Below, in pieces: positions 12,541-24,232 of a DNA stretch of 64,000 nt. The notes beneath the pieces are model-generated. The model worked only from the letters and a program-made list of their open reading frames with translations. It made no database searches and had not been told where the DNA came from. The DNA comes from Podarcis melisellensis (lineage: Eukaryota): the NCBI GenBank assembly GCA_964234715.1, contig OZ174282.1, one strand, 5' to 3'. How positions within the stretch are numbered: position 1 is the stretch's first letter; each line of letters opens with the position of its first letter. The position numbers and the translations under genes were made by a program.

Positions 12541-13275
12541 TACACTAGATTCCCTCACCACATAGACACAAACCCTGTTGCACAAAAGCAAGGAGTGGGG
12601 GTTGGGGAAGAAACTCGGAAGGAATGCAGATGATCAGGAAAAGGTTTAAACATACCAACTTCCAGGAACTGAACTAATTGGGTGCTATAAATAGGCATAT
12701 AAGGAGAGAAAGCAGGTGGCATCTGCAGTTTGCAGCCTGGAGAGTAATGCTGGCATAGGAAGCTCAAGGTAAAACGTCACCAGTCACAACTGCTTCAGTG
12801 ATTTGTGGACTTTAAAAACAATGCCTAGGATTTCCTTTGCAAGTTGCACATTGGCCAGGACTGACAGATAAGGAATATAAGCACTGGGACACTGCACCAA
12901 AACAGTGGACCATCTATGGAATCTACAGAGAACAGCTGCTGGACACTGAGGTTCTATTCTTAGGGAGGTTATCACACAACACAAATGACTCATGTATCTT
13001 TAGGGTGAGAAGGGAACCGAAACTGCAGGCCACATTCCATGAAACCTAGGGCGGGGGACCTCTGGCCTTCCAGATATTGTTGGAGTACAAAACCCACCAT
13101 CCCCGACCACTCGCCATGCTGGCTGGGGCTGCTGGACCACCAGTTCTCCAGCCCTGTATTAAACAATGTGCTTGAATAGTTAAGAAGTGCTCCCCCTGAC
13201 GATTTCACCACTCTCATAGTAATGCATAACCCGCTGTTCTTTGCAAAACCTCTAGAGTGGGGCATGGCCCCTTAC

Positions 13276-13342
13276 CAGCACTTCGCTGCCTTCAGTGTGG
13301 AGGCCTCTTCCTGCTTTTTTTCAGCCACAGCATCGAGCACCC
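13276..13342 (-). CDS. FANCA: FANCA exon 10 (WVLDAVAEKKQEEASTLKAAKCW)
   Basis: 67 nt, AG/GT bounded, correct phases. Confidence 0.93.
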
Positions 13343-14397
13343 CTAAAGAGAAACAAAAACAAAGTAGCCTCAGTGGGAAACACAGCTGGAAAGGACCACC
13401 CACAATATGAAAGAAGCCGTTTGGGAGGCACACATTTAAGGAGATAACCTCATTTAGGAGAGTGGTGGAAAGGAACAATTCTTCTCACGTTGAAGCTATT
13501 ATGAACAATTTCTTAAGAGCCAAAGACTTGGAAACAATTAACCCTGACATTGAACCACTCTAAGAGGTTTGACGTGCACAGATTTAGCTCTGAAAGGTTG
13601 CCCTAATGTTTATACGCCAGAAGTAACTGGAGCAGGACGATTTGTTGTGCCAAGCGCCTCTAAAATGAACGTGAGCTGCACATGAGCAGGTGGGGAAAGG
13701 CAATCAGAACAAACAAAAGCACCAGGAGACCTAGAACCCAAAGATTTACAGGTTTTCCTGCCTTCCTGTTGCCGTGCAAAGAAACAGCTGAAGCACATGG
13801 CAACAAACAACAGATGCAGTGTAGTCACTAACTTAAAACTCACTTAGTGGTATACCTGCGCAGGTAGCCAAATGTTTCACACCAGCAGAACATTGTTGCA
13901 CAAGAAAATGCATAAGAAGGTTGCTAGTAACTTCGTTGCACAACAGATTGTGCAACGAGTTTCCGCCAGCACAAATGCTGCATTGGATTACCCTGTTGCA
14001 GGACATTGGAATTCACAACCATCCACTAACGCATGAAACCCTGGTCCCAGGGGTGTTACTACAATTCAGAGAGATGTGCAACATGACGCTTTGCGGTTCG
14101 TTCTCAAACTCCAGCAGATAATAAATGCTCATTTAGAAAAGAATTAGTGCCAACTATGAGGCAGCAGTCAAAACATGAGATCATTCCAGCTACTCCTCTT
14201 TCACATTACAGCTCGTTTTTATTAGCAATCCCCAGCTCCCTACAAATGCAGTGGTATCTGGAAAGGCTAATTACATACACAGCACATTCCAGCATGTCAA
14301 CAACACCCCCAGCCGTCAGAATAGGGAGAAGTATCTCTACTGAGGTGTAATTATAATTTAGATCCCAATGCAATTTACTTCTACGGGCACCACTTAC

Positions 14398-14431
14398 ATG
14401 TCAACATTCTCTCAAGTACAGCACAGCAGAC
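14398..14431 (-). CDS. FANCA: FANCA exon 9 (VCCAVLERMLT)
   Basis: 34 nt, CAG/GTAAGT; matches human VTVDVLQRMLI. Confidence 0.9.
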
Positions 14432-15180
14432 CTGTTTTTTTTAAAAAAAAAACACACACACATACAAATATAATAATTATTAGCTTTTCATCAGATATGT
14501 TCACATAACAGACTCTAAGATGCTCTGCCTCTTTCAAATGTAAAGAGAAATACATTTGTCAATCAATTAAGTGCACAGGCTTCAATGGAGTGCTGCCTCC
14601 TTCCTTGATGGAAGGCATCAGTCAGTAGAACAAGGGATGAGGTCATTTTCCCCATAGGCCCTCCTCCTTTCCCTAACGCTACTTGAGAGGTTTGGGGAAC
14701 TCTCTTGGGAAGGCATGGCGGCAGAGGAATTGCCAAAACTTACTTCCTCTCCTCTATGGAGGAAAGAAACAAGGATGAGGAAGCAAGTGCAGGCTTTTGA
14801 ATAGAAGGCAGTGACTCTGGGAGAGCATCGTCTTGTATCCTGAAGCTTGCATGAGCTTTCAGAAAAATTCCCAAGGTCCACAAATTCACTGTTGAGGGCT
14901 AGGACTGCTGACTTGCCTTCTCTATGGGCTGCAAGCTAGCAACACAGGAAGCTGCCTCATATGTACCAATAAGAGCAGTCATCCACCCAGCTCAGTACTG
15001 TTTACATTGATTGGCAACCTATCTCCAGAAATGCAGAGACAGGTGTGTCCCAGTCTTCCCTGAAGATGAAGGGAGAACTAAGCTCTTGCTGCTGAGACTC
15101 TAGTTTCATTCATCTCACTGGTGCGCCAAAAACCATTTTATTAAGAACGACAACACTTAGTGATTATGCATTGTCCTTAC

Positions 15181-15263
15181 TTTGGAGATTTTCTGCAACT
15201 GCAGCTTCTTTCCCATCTCAAATGTTTTCTGAAATCCATTATGAAGGAGCACAGTCACAAAGT
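15181..15263 (-). CDS. FANCA: FANCA exon 8 (DFVTVLLHNGFQK...KISK)
   Basis: 83 nt, AG/GT bounded; matches human DFVQMFVLRGFQK. Confidence 0.93.
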
Positions 15264-16161
15264 CTACAAATTAAGAGCAAAGCCACTGTCAGCATAGTCC
15301 CAGCATACCAAAAGGGAAAGGAAGATAATCTAAAAGGGCAGCTCTTTGCCCATCTTCCCTGAGGGCTGCTGAAGACCTGCATGCCCTGAAGGATGGCAAA
15401 AGTAAGGGAGCTCAGGCCAGGGAGCACATATACCATCAGTTCCCAGTTGGCAGGAGAGGACTCTCTCTTCATTTCACAAAATGCATTTGTTTTAGTGCTT
15501 AAATTGTAAACCACATTAAGTGCCTCGGCAGAAAGGTGGTGTATAAATCCAATGAATAAATAAATAAATAAATAGAGGGAAGTTAGGAGGGAACAAAGGA
15601 AGGCTGAAGGCAACAAATGGTGTCTGGAAATCCCTTCTGTACAGAACAGGGTTCACCTTTGGTTTATTAGTTTAATCACTAAAGAAATAAAAATTAAATT
15701 GTTAATGAGGAGAATCATCAGACCCGGAATCGTCTTAGTCAGGATATTCTGGGTCAAAGACCAGCTGAGCTAGGGAAGGTTCTGTTTAATTCCCAGGCAA
15801 TTAAAGGACTATGCAGGGAAGGAATGAAAATCAAGAATAGAGAGGGGTAACTTTTCTCCCTCCAGATGTTGCTGGAGTAAAACTCCCAACTACTGGCCAT
15901 GTTCCTGGGGCTGATGAGAGCTGGAATTCAACATCTCAAGGGCCACAAGCCATCCCAACCCTGGCCTAGAACACCCAACAGAAGGCAGAGATGGACTGGC
16001 ATCTTCCAGCCCTCTGAAGGATTCCTAGGCTTACCAATGTGCAATGGCCACTGCCTTCAGACACAAAGGAACCTGCTTCTAGTCCCCACAGAAGCCAACA
16101 TCTAACAACCCCCCGCCCCACTGACTGCCCCATACCAACTGTGTTCCAAATCAGAGCTTGC

Positions 16162-16274
16162 CTGTAAGCATGGACTCCAGTGTCTCTGTGTCCAAGGAAG
16201 GATCTTGTGTTTGATGGCAAAGACGACAGAGACAACTGCACAACCACTCCTCCAACGCAGCAGCATCTGGATTA
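16162..16274 (-). CDS. FANCA: FANCA exon 7 (NPDAAALEEWLCSCLCRLC...SMLT), GC donor
   Basis: 113 nt; resembles human HPDMHAVGSWLFRNLCCLC; ends AG|GCAAGC. Confidence 0.9.
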
Positions 16275-16542
16275 CTGAGAAGAGACAACACCAACTGCAG
16301 TTCCCAATATTATCTTTTTCTAGGGACTGCTTCCCTGACCCACACGTCCCCCCACACACCCTAAAGCTGCAAATCTTTTGGGTCACTGCAAATCTTGCTT
16401 AGCACTCTATGTGCAGCCTTGTCAAATGCACCTTTATCTTATGAGTGTAAAATACAAGCTGCCCCAGACGAGGAGGCCAAAGAGCTGACCATATTTCATG
16501 TCAAGCCCAAAATCCTAGCGAGTCTTGGCAGCCTCTACTTAC

Positions 16543-16616
16543 TTCTCCAGCAGCTCTTGCAGGCTGACAATGTTCTCTCTGTGTAACCGCCATGCAACTT
16601 CCAGAATGAGTGGGCT
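16543..16616 (-). CDS. FANCA: FANCA exon 6 (SPLILEVAWRLHRENIVSLQELLE)
   Basis: 74 nt, AG/GT bounded; IVSLQELLE conserved. Confidence 0.95.
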
Positions 16617-17191
16617 CTGGGGGAAATAATGCTAACATGAAGCTCAGGAGCCGCAAAGAGGTATGGCCCAGCACCCACAACCAAATAACTCAGCCACTTG
16701 GCTAAGGCTCAACAGCTGATTAGTGTGGCCCACGTAGTTGCTGAAGGCCCACATCTAACCACAACCCATTTGCTGCCTCAGCTGTGGCAAGCTATGAAGC
16801 CATTGTCCTGACATTTTGTGAGAGATCCGTATATAAATACTTTGCATGAATAAATAAAAATGAATAAATCTCAGAGGCAATAGGATAGCTGGCAAGGGCC
16901 AAGTATTATTTAAGTACTACAATGCTAAGAGTTTATTAAGAGGCCTGCGCTCTTAAGTTTGCTACTTAAATTGTTTGCTGGCATCAGAAGAGGAATCCTG
17001 CATTTCTCCCCAACAATGTAAAGGCACTTGTCAGCATTAAGGCATCAAAGAGGAGTGAAGCTATATGAAGAATGTTTTTTCAGCACATGTGTCTATAGTT
17101 GGAGTGGGGAATCTGTGGCCCTCCCAGATGTGGTGGGGTTACAGCTCCCATCATTCCTGACCACTGGTTGGGGCTGATGGAAGCTGGAGTA

Positions 17192-17420
17192 CAGTGGTAC
17201 CTTGGGTTACATGCGCTTCAGGTTACATACGCTTCAGGTTACAGACTCCGCTAACCCGGAAATATTACCTCGGGTTAAGAACTTTGCTTCAGGATGAGAA
17301 CAGAAATCGTGCTCCGGTGGCGCGGCCCCATTAGCTAAAGTGGTGCTTGAGGTTAAGAACAGTTTCAGGTTAAGAACGGACCTCCGGAACGAATTAAGTT
17401 CTTAACCAGAGGTACTACTG
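17192..17420. mobile_element. Tc1/mariner (Tigger-like) MITE nested in an older palindromic MITE
   Basis: CAGTGGTACC...GGTACTACTG termini, TA flanks; same family as 46146-46374. Confidence 0.88.
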
Positions 17421-17509
17421 TACCACTAACGTCCAGAAGGTTGCAGGTTCCCCATACCTGATATGTAGCATTTCCCTCTTAACACCCCATATTTCTATAG
17501 CATTCTTAC

Positions 17510-17605
17510 TTGCAACTTCCAGGTTTCTTGAGCGAACTGCAAACGGCAGAAAGCATTGTGCGTTAACAAATCCTTCAGAGACTGAAGCAAGCATGACAAC
17601 TTTTT
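17510..17605 (-). CDS. FANCA: FANCA exon 5 (KKLSCLL...QETWKLQ)
   Basis: 96 nt, AG/GT bounded; matches human KKLSSLL...QELWKIQ. Confidence 0.95.
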
Positions 17606-18352
17606 CTGTAAATGAAGAAAAGAGTACTGTTTACTTAAAAAATGATAATAAGTAGCCAGCAGCTTTCAAGGGTGCAGACTCTTTATCTCCCTCCTTCCCC
17701 TCTCCTTGCAGCTGCTTGTACCAGACAGGTAAAGTGAAGGGATTTGGGGCGATGAAGTAAATGGACTATAAGAGGGCAGCATACAAGGAAAGCAGTGCAG
17801 GGGGGCTCATGGGGGTTTCAGTGCATTTAAAATGTCTTAGATATGAGCTGAGCTATTTCTCAGTTTCAGGGAGGGGAGTGAAATCCCATGTGAACTGCAG
17901 GGAGAGCTCACCTATTGTAATGCCAATCAGACATCAGTAGGTCACAGAAACCTCAGAAGGAAGTTGCCAAGCTGCCCCCAACAGCCTTCCCCAACATGAT
18001 ACCCTCCAGATGTTTTAAACTACAGTTCACATCAGGACCAGGCAGCATAGATGTAAGATGCTGAGGCTGATGGGAGTTGTAGTCCAAGACATCTGGACAT
18101 GACCACAGCAAATGAAGCATGAGCTAAAAATATTTCACTTTCATCACAGAGGAACTGCAGGTAAACCCAAATGAGTGCCATAATTCCTGTTTGCAGACCC
18201 TCTAATTGAGGTGGCATTCTGTGTGAGGAAATAGGTTGCCAACCTCAGCCTTTAGTTCCTCTAATAAACATTTACAGTATATACTTAGAGACAACAGCAG
18301 CACTTCTCTCCCACTCTTGCCATGCCCAGAAATGGAATCCCTTCCTGCTTAC

Positions 18353-18486
18353 TCTCTGCTCTGCATTCAGCATCACAGCTTGACCAGACTCAGCAGAGAT
18401 CTTCTCAATGTTTCCAGCTGCTATTCTGGCTGACAGGATTTCCACTGGCACACCCAGCATGAAGGCCTGATCCTGCAAGGCTGAGA
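18353..18486 (-). CDS. FANCA: FANCA exon 4 (SALQDQAFMLGVPVEILSA...EQR)
   Basis: 134 nt, AG/GT bounded; matches human SALQDQASRLGVPVGILSA. Confidence 0.95.
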
Positions 18487-18877
18487 CTAGAATGTAATAT
18501 CAGAGATGGAAGTGTGAAAAGAGAGGGGAAACAGGGTTAGCAAGGACAGATTGTGCAACATAACCCTATCCATTCTTGCACCTGCACCATAACACCCAAA
18601 ACAGAAAGTGGGAGGGGATATATTTCAAGGGAGAAAACACAACTTGTTCTTAAAAGTTCCCAGGATAAATTTCCAGCATTTCTAGCTAAAAAAAAAGGCT
18701 CAGGCTACAAGGTTAGGAAAGGTCATTGTCCCAAAACTTGGCAAGTTGTTGCTCCCAGTTGCTGTTGATAGTCCCAGACTAGACAGAATGTTGATCTGAA
18801 TATTTTTATCTTTCTGAATAGATTAACTTGATTTTCAGCAGCTCCCTCTGGCAAAACAGATAATCTCTTGCACCCAC

Positions 18878-18956
18878 CCACAAATTGTTCTGGAACGGAA
18901 GCTTCATTGGCTGGACTAAAGGAAAGTAGCTGCTTGTTCCACTCTGAACTTCCCAC
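18878..18956 (-). CDS. FANCA: FANCA exon 3 (VGSSEWNKQLL...PEQFV)
   Basis: 79 nt, phase 0 to 1 as required, AG/GT bounded; divergent peptide. Confidence 0.8.
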
Positions 18957-19975
18957 CTGTAAAAATAACACACAGAGAGACATGTTCATCTTGTTTATTA
19001 CTTATGTTATCAAAATGCTTGGGCATACTTGTATAGCAAACATTTTGGAGTCCAGAAGGAAATGCCAAAATTCTCTGAAATGGAAGAAGGAAACCTTTGC
19101 TCATCTGTTGCCCTCCAGGTACCTTGGACTACAACTCCCATCAGCCCTAGCCAATGTTGGCCCAGGCTGATGGGAGTTGTAGTCCAAAACATCAGGAGGG
19201 CAAACAGGTTGGTGAAGAGAAAGGGAGAACATTCCATAGATAGGGGACTCACTCAGTTGACAAATCTGCACATTTCTTTATTCAAATAATTTCTCCCGTT
19301 TCATAGAGTAAGATGATGTCCAAAGGAAGCAGAATGCAGGAACAACACCCAGTGGCCTCGGCAGGTTTCAGATATTTATCCACACATTTTCTTTTTTAAA
19401 GGACAATCATTTTATGATTAAAGGAAACTTAACAGGTAGTAGTGTAGAAAATGTTCATAAGAAATTAAGGCTGCAATCCTAAACATACTTTCCTCTAGGG
19501 AATTTATATTTTTACTATGGAGTTTAGAGAAGGTATCTTATAGAACTGGCTTTTATGCAACCATTTGTATTTTAAGATGATTGTGGGTTTTTATTGAAGT
19601 ATGGTTTTATTGCTGTTTTTATTTCTTGTATAATGCCTAAAGAGATTATTTTCTGAGGCATCTCATAAAATACAAACAATAAATAGGCAGTAAGCTCTAC
19701 TCAGCTCAGTGGGACTTATTTCTGAGTAAGGATGCTTAGGCCTGCCACTGTAAGGCAATTTTGCTCCCCATGGACTTACTATTCTCTCTCCAATAAGAAT
19801 CAACTCCAGATATTTATTTTTAGTTTTCTGTATTTACCCCCCACCCCCAGTGCATACTGAGGACTCCTGTCCAGAAGCACAATTTAAACCAGGAACATAA
19901 ACACAACACTGAAGTTCAATGGGAGCAAAGCAGGCACCAGGAAGCTGTTGGAAGTCAGCACTGCTACTTTCTTAC

Positions 19976-20085
19976 CTCAAGCAACAGGTCACCCAAATTG
20001 TGATGGCAACTCAAAATATGAAGAGCTGCCTCCTTCAGCTTCTGTTCATTTTTACGTTCACATTTCTGTTTCTTGGATCTTCCAG
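19976..20085 (-). CDS. FANCA: FANCA exon 2 (AGRSKKQK...NLGDLLLE)
   Basis: 110 nt, AG/GT bounded; similar to human AGRVKREK...DLNALLLE. Confidence 0.93.
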
Positions 20086-20516
20086 CTTTTTTTGGGAGGG
20101 TGGATTGAGAGAAACAAAGAAATCTTAGCCCAAGAAGGCATGCCACTAAATTTTGCTAAGGTGGTATGGTATGGTAATTGGTTCAAGCTGAGTTGAACTC
20201 TGTGCATCCTGATGGAGAATGGGGAAATATTTCCATTTCCAGTAGCCACTTTTAAATACGAGGGATGGGATCCTAAGATAACCTAAGGAAGTTCATAGAA
20301 GGAAAGTTTGAGATTCTCTCTTTCCCACTGTAGCCTCTCCAGAGGTCCAGGGCCCTCCTGAACAACATGGGTGTTGTAGAAGCTGCTGGAGTAAGGAACA
20401 GAGAACTTTTCTTCTATAAGTTTTTTTAAAGTTAACGTTTCTGAGGATCCAAGTCCCATTTTGGGCAAGCCTCCCCTCTCCCAGCACCCCCCTCTATTCA
20501 ACATTATTAGGACCTT

Positions 20517-20864
20517 AAGGGAAAGGGAAAGGGACCCCTGACCATTAGGTCCAGTCGTGGCCGACTCTGGGGTTGCGGCGCTCATCTCCCTTTATTGGCC
20601 GAGGGAGCCGGCATACAGCTTCCGGGTCATGTGGCCAGCATGACTAAGCCGCTTCTGGCGAACTAGAGCAGCACACGAAAACGCCATTTACCTTCCCGCC
20701 GGAGTGGTACCTATTTATCTACTTTCACTCTGACATGCTTTCGAACTGTTAGGTTGGCAGGAGCTGGGACTGGACAATGGGAGCTCAACCCATCACAGGG
20801 ATTCAAACTGCCAACCTTCTGATCGGCAAGTCCTAAGCTCTGTGGTTTAACCCACAGCGCCACC
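20517..20864 (-). mobile_element. Sauria SINE (Squam1)
   Basis: Near-identical to 63561-63911; CCCTTT/ACCTTT-type tail. Confidence 0.9.
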
Positions 20865-20879
20865 AACCAAGATACCTTT

Positions 20880-21006
20880 TTGTGCATGCACACAAAGGCT
20901 TATACCCAGAACAAACTTAGTTGGTCTCTAAGGTGCTACTGGACATTTCCCCCCCCCCCCCATTTATTTTGACTGCTTCAGACCAACACAGCTACCTACC
21001 TGAATC
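20880..21006 (+). mobile_element. Penelope-like element terminal fragment
   Basis: TGTGCATGCACAC...GGTCTCTAAGGTGCTAC...CAGACCAACACAGCTACC resembles reptile PLE ends; related fragments near 29800-29880 and 60410-60530. Confidence 0.65.
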
Positions 21007-21595
21007 CAACATTATTAGGGAGAGCCTTACTAATCCTGGGGAGGGCATTACATAGGTGAGTAGCAATCACTGTGGAGGCATGTCCACAAAAAGCCCAAGA
21101 TGCAGCATCAAGATCAGGGATGATGGGAGCTGTAGTCCAACTAACATCTGGAGAACCACACACTCCCTATTTTTGGAATAGACAGTACTGGGCTACATGA
21201 ACAAACTGTCAAACCTTTTATAATGATACAGTTTCCTATGCTCACCTTACAGGTTAATACACCTCTCAGGGTGGTTGTGAGAAGGCTCTGAGCTGTTGGA
21301 AGGTTGCATAACAAACGTTAACCTTTAGTTTGCCCTCAGGTTCAGCCCCCAAATCAGCTTTCTGTGCCAGAGGCTCAACACAGGACCTCTTCTATAACAG
21401 TCAACAGAGCCCCTGAACATGCACAAAGTACTTCTTCCTACACAGAGAAGGGCTCATTCCACACTGCCTCCCTAGTAAAGAGAGCTTCTGGGCATATACA
21501 AAGTACAACAAGAGATACAAACACACTGGGCAAGAGCTGCAGCCCTTCTAAGGAGAGCTTCTGAGCATACACAGAGTGCAACTACTACAACCTAC

Positions 21596-21632
21596 CCAAG
21601 AGCGCAGAAAGGGCTCTTTCTCCCGCAGACAT
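21596..21632 (-). CDS. FANCA: FANCA coding exon 1 (MSAGERALSALL)
   Basis: ATG at 21632 in a CpG-rich region; peptide resembles human RRAWAELLA; G|GTAGGT donor, phase 1 matches exon 2. Confidence 0.85.
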
Positions 21633-21990
21633 CGCTTCCTTCCCTTCGGCTCTCCGAGCGCGCGCGCGCACCAACCAACCAGCGCGCCTTATGCCCTCAT
21701 TGGCCGCCAGCAGGGCGCCTTTGCCCAATAGGAAGAAGAACTGGAGGAATGCCCTTTGCCGTTTCCTAAAGCAGAGATGCGGCCATTTTGAGAGTGGCGG
21801 GGAGGAAGGTCAGGGAGGGGAGGCGCCATCTTTGTGGTGGCGGCACAGAAGAGTTAGGCCGCGCCCGTCCAGCAGTCATTAGTGAGTGAGTCATGGAAGG
21901 GGTGGGGCTGGTAGAAGACAGACGCCTTGGGATAGCAGAAGGCTCACTAATTACGGCATGGGCGGAAGATTGCACCGCTTCCCACCCCGG
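21600..21990. promoter_or_regulatory. FANCA CpG-rich promoter
   Basis: CpG-rich; ATTGG 21699 and CCAAT 21725; YY1-type GCCATTTT/CGCCATCTT at 21779-21790 and 21824-21833; alternating GC run 21658-21670. Confidence 0.8.
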
Positions 21991-22159
21991 TTATGGTTTG
22001 GCTGAGAGTTCTGCCTATGAATCTTTTACAAAGATCTGTTGCATCTTTGGGAATTGGAGCTGCATTTATCAAAAGGGCGGCCACCGCTGCGCTATTAGGG
22101 GTGTGTGCAAATATTTGCACGCCTTGCCTGAGAGGCTGCTGCTTGTGCGTGTTAGTTTA

Positions 22160-22430
22160 ATGAAAGGTGACTCCCTATAAGAGAAATGTTTATGGGCCTG
22201 GACCCTCAGAAGCACATAATATGCACGGGGGTGGAAGGAAAGCCCTTTGAGCGTATGCGGAACTGGCACTGTTGCAGGCACCACTCTTTCGCCCTTTGTA
22301 ACAAATCGATCTTTTAAGTGTGGCACCACCTACACTCCGGAACTCCCTGCCTATTGACATCAGGCAGGCAGGCTCCATTACTGTTTTCAGTGCCTGCTAA
22401 AAACAATTTTGTGTAGGCAAGCCTATCCAA
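22160..22430 (+). mobile_element. L2-like LINE 3' fragment
   Basis: Degenerate APP.L.NSLPIDIRQA...LLKT.L.RQA C-terminal motif followed by AT-rich tail. Confidence 0.6.
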
Positions 22431-24107
22431 ATAAGCAGAATGCTGATATGTGTTTTAATCTGATTTTTATCTTATTCCTAAATCTAATTATTATTTTAAT
22501 ATCTTAAATAGTTGTTTTTAACATTTTTTAAAAGTTCAATGTTTTATTTTTTTCTAACTGTTTTGAGTGATGGAGGGTTGTTTTTTTTTAGCAATCAAGC
22601 AGTATATATTTTTTTCTTTTTTAAAAAAAGAAAACATGTGCAGTGTGTTAAAGGCAGGAGAAGAGAACACAATTGCTGCAGTTTGGTTGGCCTAGAAGGG
22701 TCCCTTTACAGTAGCTCAGCCTTTGCCAGACTGGCCCTTTCCAGATGTTTTGGACCACCATTCCCATCGCTGGCTGGGGCTGATGGGAATGGTAGTTCAA
22801 AAGATCTAGAGGGGGACAGCTTGGCAAAAACTGCAGTAGCTGGTTTCTTCTTAACCCCCCCCCCCCACAACACACACAAAAAAGAAAAAGCAGAAGCCTC
22901 TGGCACTTTGCCGAAGAGGCCATAAGGTAGTTAACTGCACAGTGTGCTGCTTTAGCAGGAATAACTTCTGTGGTTTTCTCTCAGCAGGACTGGCTGGGTT
23001 CCCATCTGCAATGTGTTCAGGTTGGCCCAAGTGCCCATTAGCTGCTGCAGTTCTTCATTCCTGCTAATTCATTTGGAGCCTGTGACCGGCCAAACAAGTG
23101 AAAAACCCAGTGACCATGTCCTGAGGAGCAAGCACAGGCTTGGTTTCGCTTTCCAAGAGACCAATTAAGAAAACTGGCTTCTGTTGGAACTGTCAGGAGA
23201 TACTTTAATTGCCTTTCCCTGACTCTTCCCTTGTCCTATTTGCCTTGACCCTTTGCCATCTCCTGGCCCAGTCAAAGCATGCCTCGGGGAGCGCTGGGAG
23301 GAAACTTGATTTCTTGGGATGCCAACCTTGCCCCCTGAGTATTATTCCTCCAGGGGAGCAAAACATGACCTAGCAGCTGGCAAGGGAAGGATAGGAGAAG
23401 CACATATTCTGCTACAGCTTGGGCCAGTCGTGAAGTGTGCATGGATCAAATAGCTCCTTGCTGTTAAGGCTCTGAGAGGGTGAATAGGCAAGATCAAGAA
23501 CCCCATTGGCTCAGCCTGGGGACATGTCCACTACAAGGAGAAGAGTCCTGCTGGATTAGACCAAAGGGACATGAAAAATTGCTGTCAGTTATTTTGTTGT
23601 TGCTGTGCATTTAGAAAATAAAATTTTTAAAAATAATAATTGCTGTCAGCATCTGAGATTGAAGTGGGGGTTCCTTTCTGAAACTGGTAGCGAAGTTAAC
23701 CTGGCGGCACAAACCTAACCACATCTACTCAGAAGTGAGTCCTGTTGAATTCAGTGGGACTTACTCCTAGGTGTGTGAGGTTAGGATTGGAGCTGGAGAC
23801 TCCCACCTGTTGTGCTTCCTGCCAACATATCAGAAACTGCCCAGGTCCATGTCATACAGGTGACAACCAGATCGCCCCCCCACCCTGGAATAAAAATGCT
23901 GTTACCACAAACTTGACAGTAAACTTTGACTTAGCAATAAAAGATATCCATTTACTTCATTGTTCTCGTTCTTGCAGGGAGAATCTGTCTCACTTGGGTT
24001 TATAGCTGTTTATATGGTGTTATAGCTGAACATGGTGCTTTGGAGGATAAGCAAAAAAAGGTTGCTTCCTGCCCCAGTAACTTACAACCACAGTGTGGCA
24101 CAGGAGT

Positions 24108-24232
24108 CAACCTTGGGTCTCCAGATGTTGTTGGACTACAGCTCCTATCATCCCTGACCACTGGCCCCGCTAGCTAGGGATGATGGGAGTTGTAGTCCAA
24201 CAACATCTGGAGACCCAAAGTTTATAAAGGCT
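24108..24232. mobile_element. Palindromic hAT-like MITE; many related copies, e.g. 5260-5375, 13027-13155, 19085-19215
   Basis: Long inverted repeat built on GGACTACA(A/G)CTCC(C/T)ATCATCCC. Confidence 0.8.
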
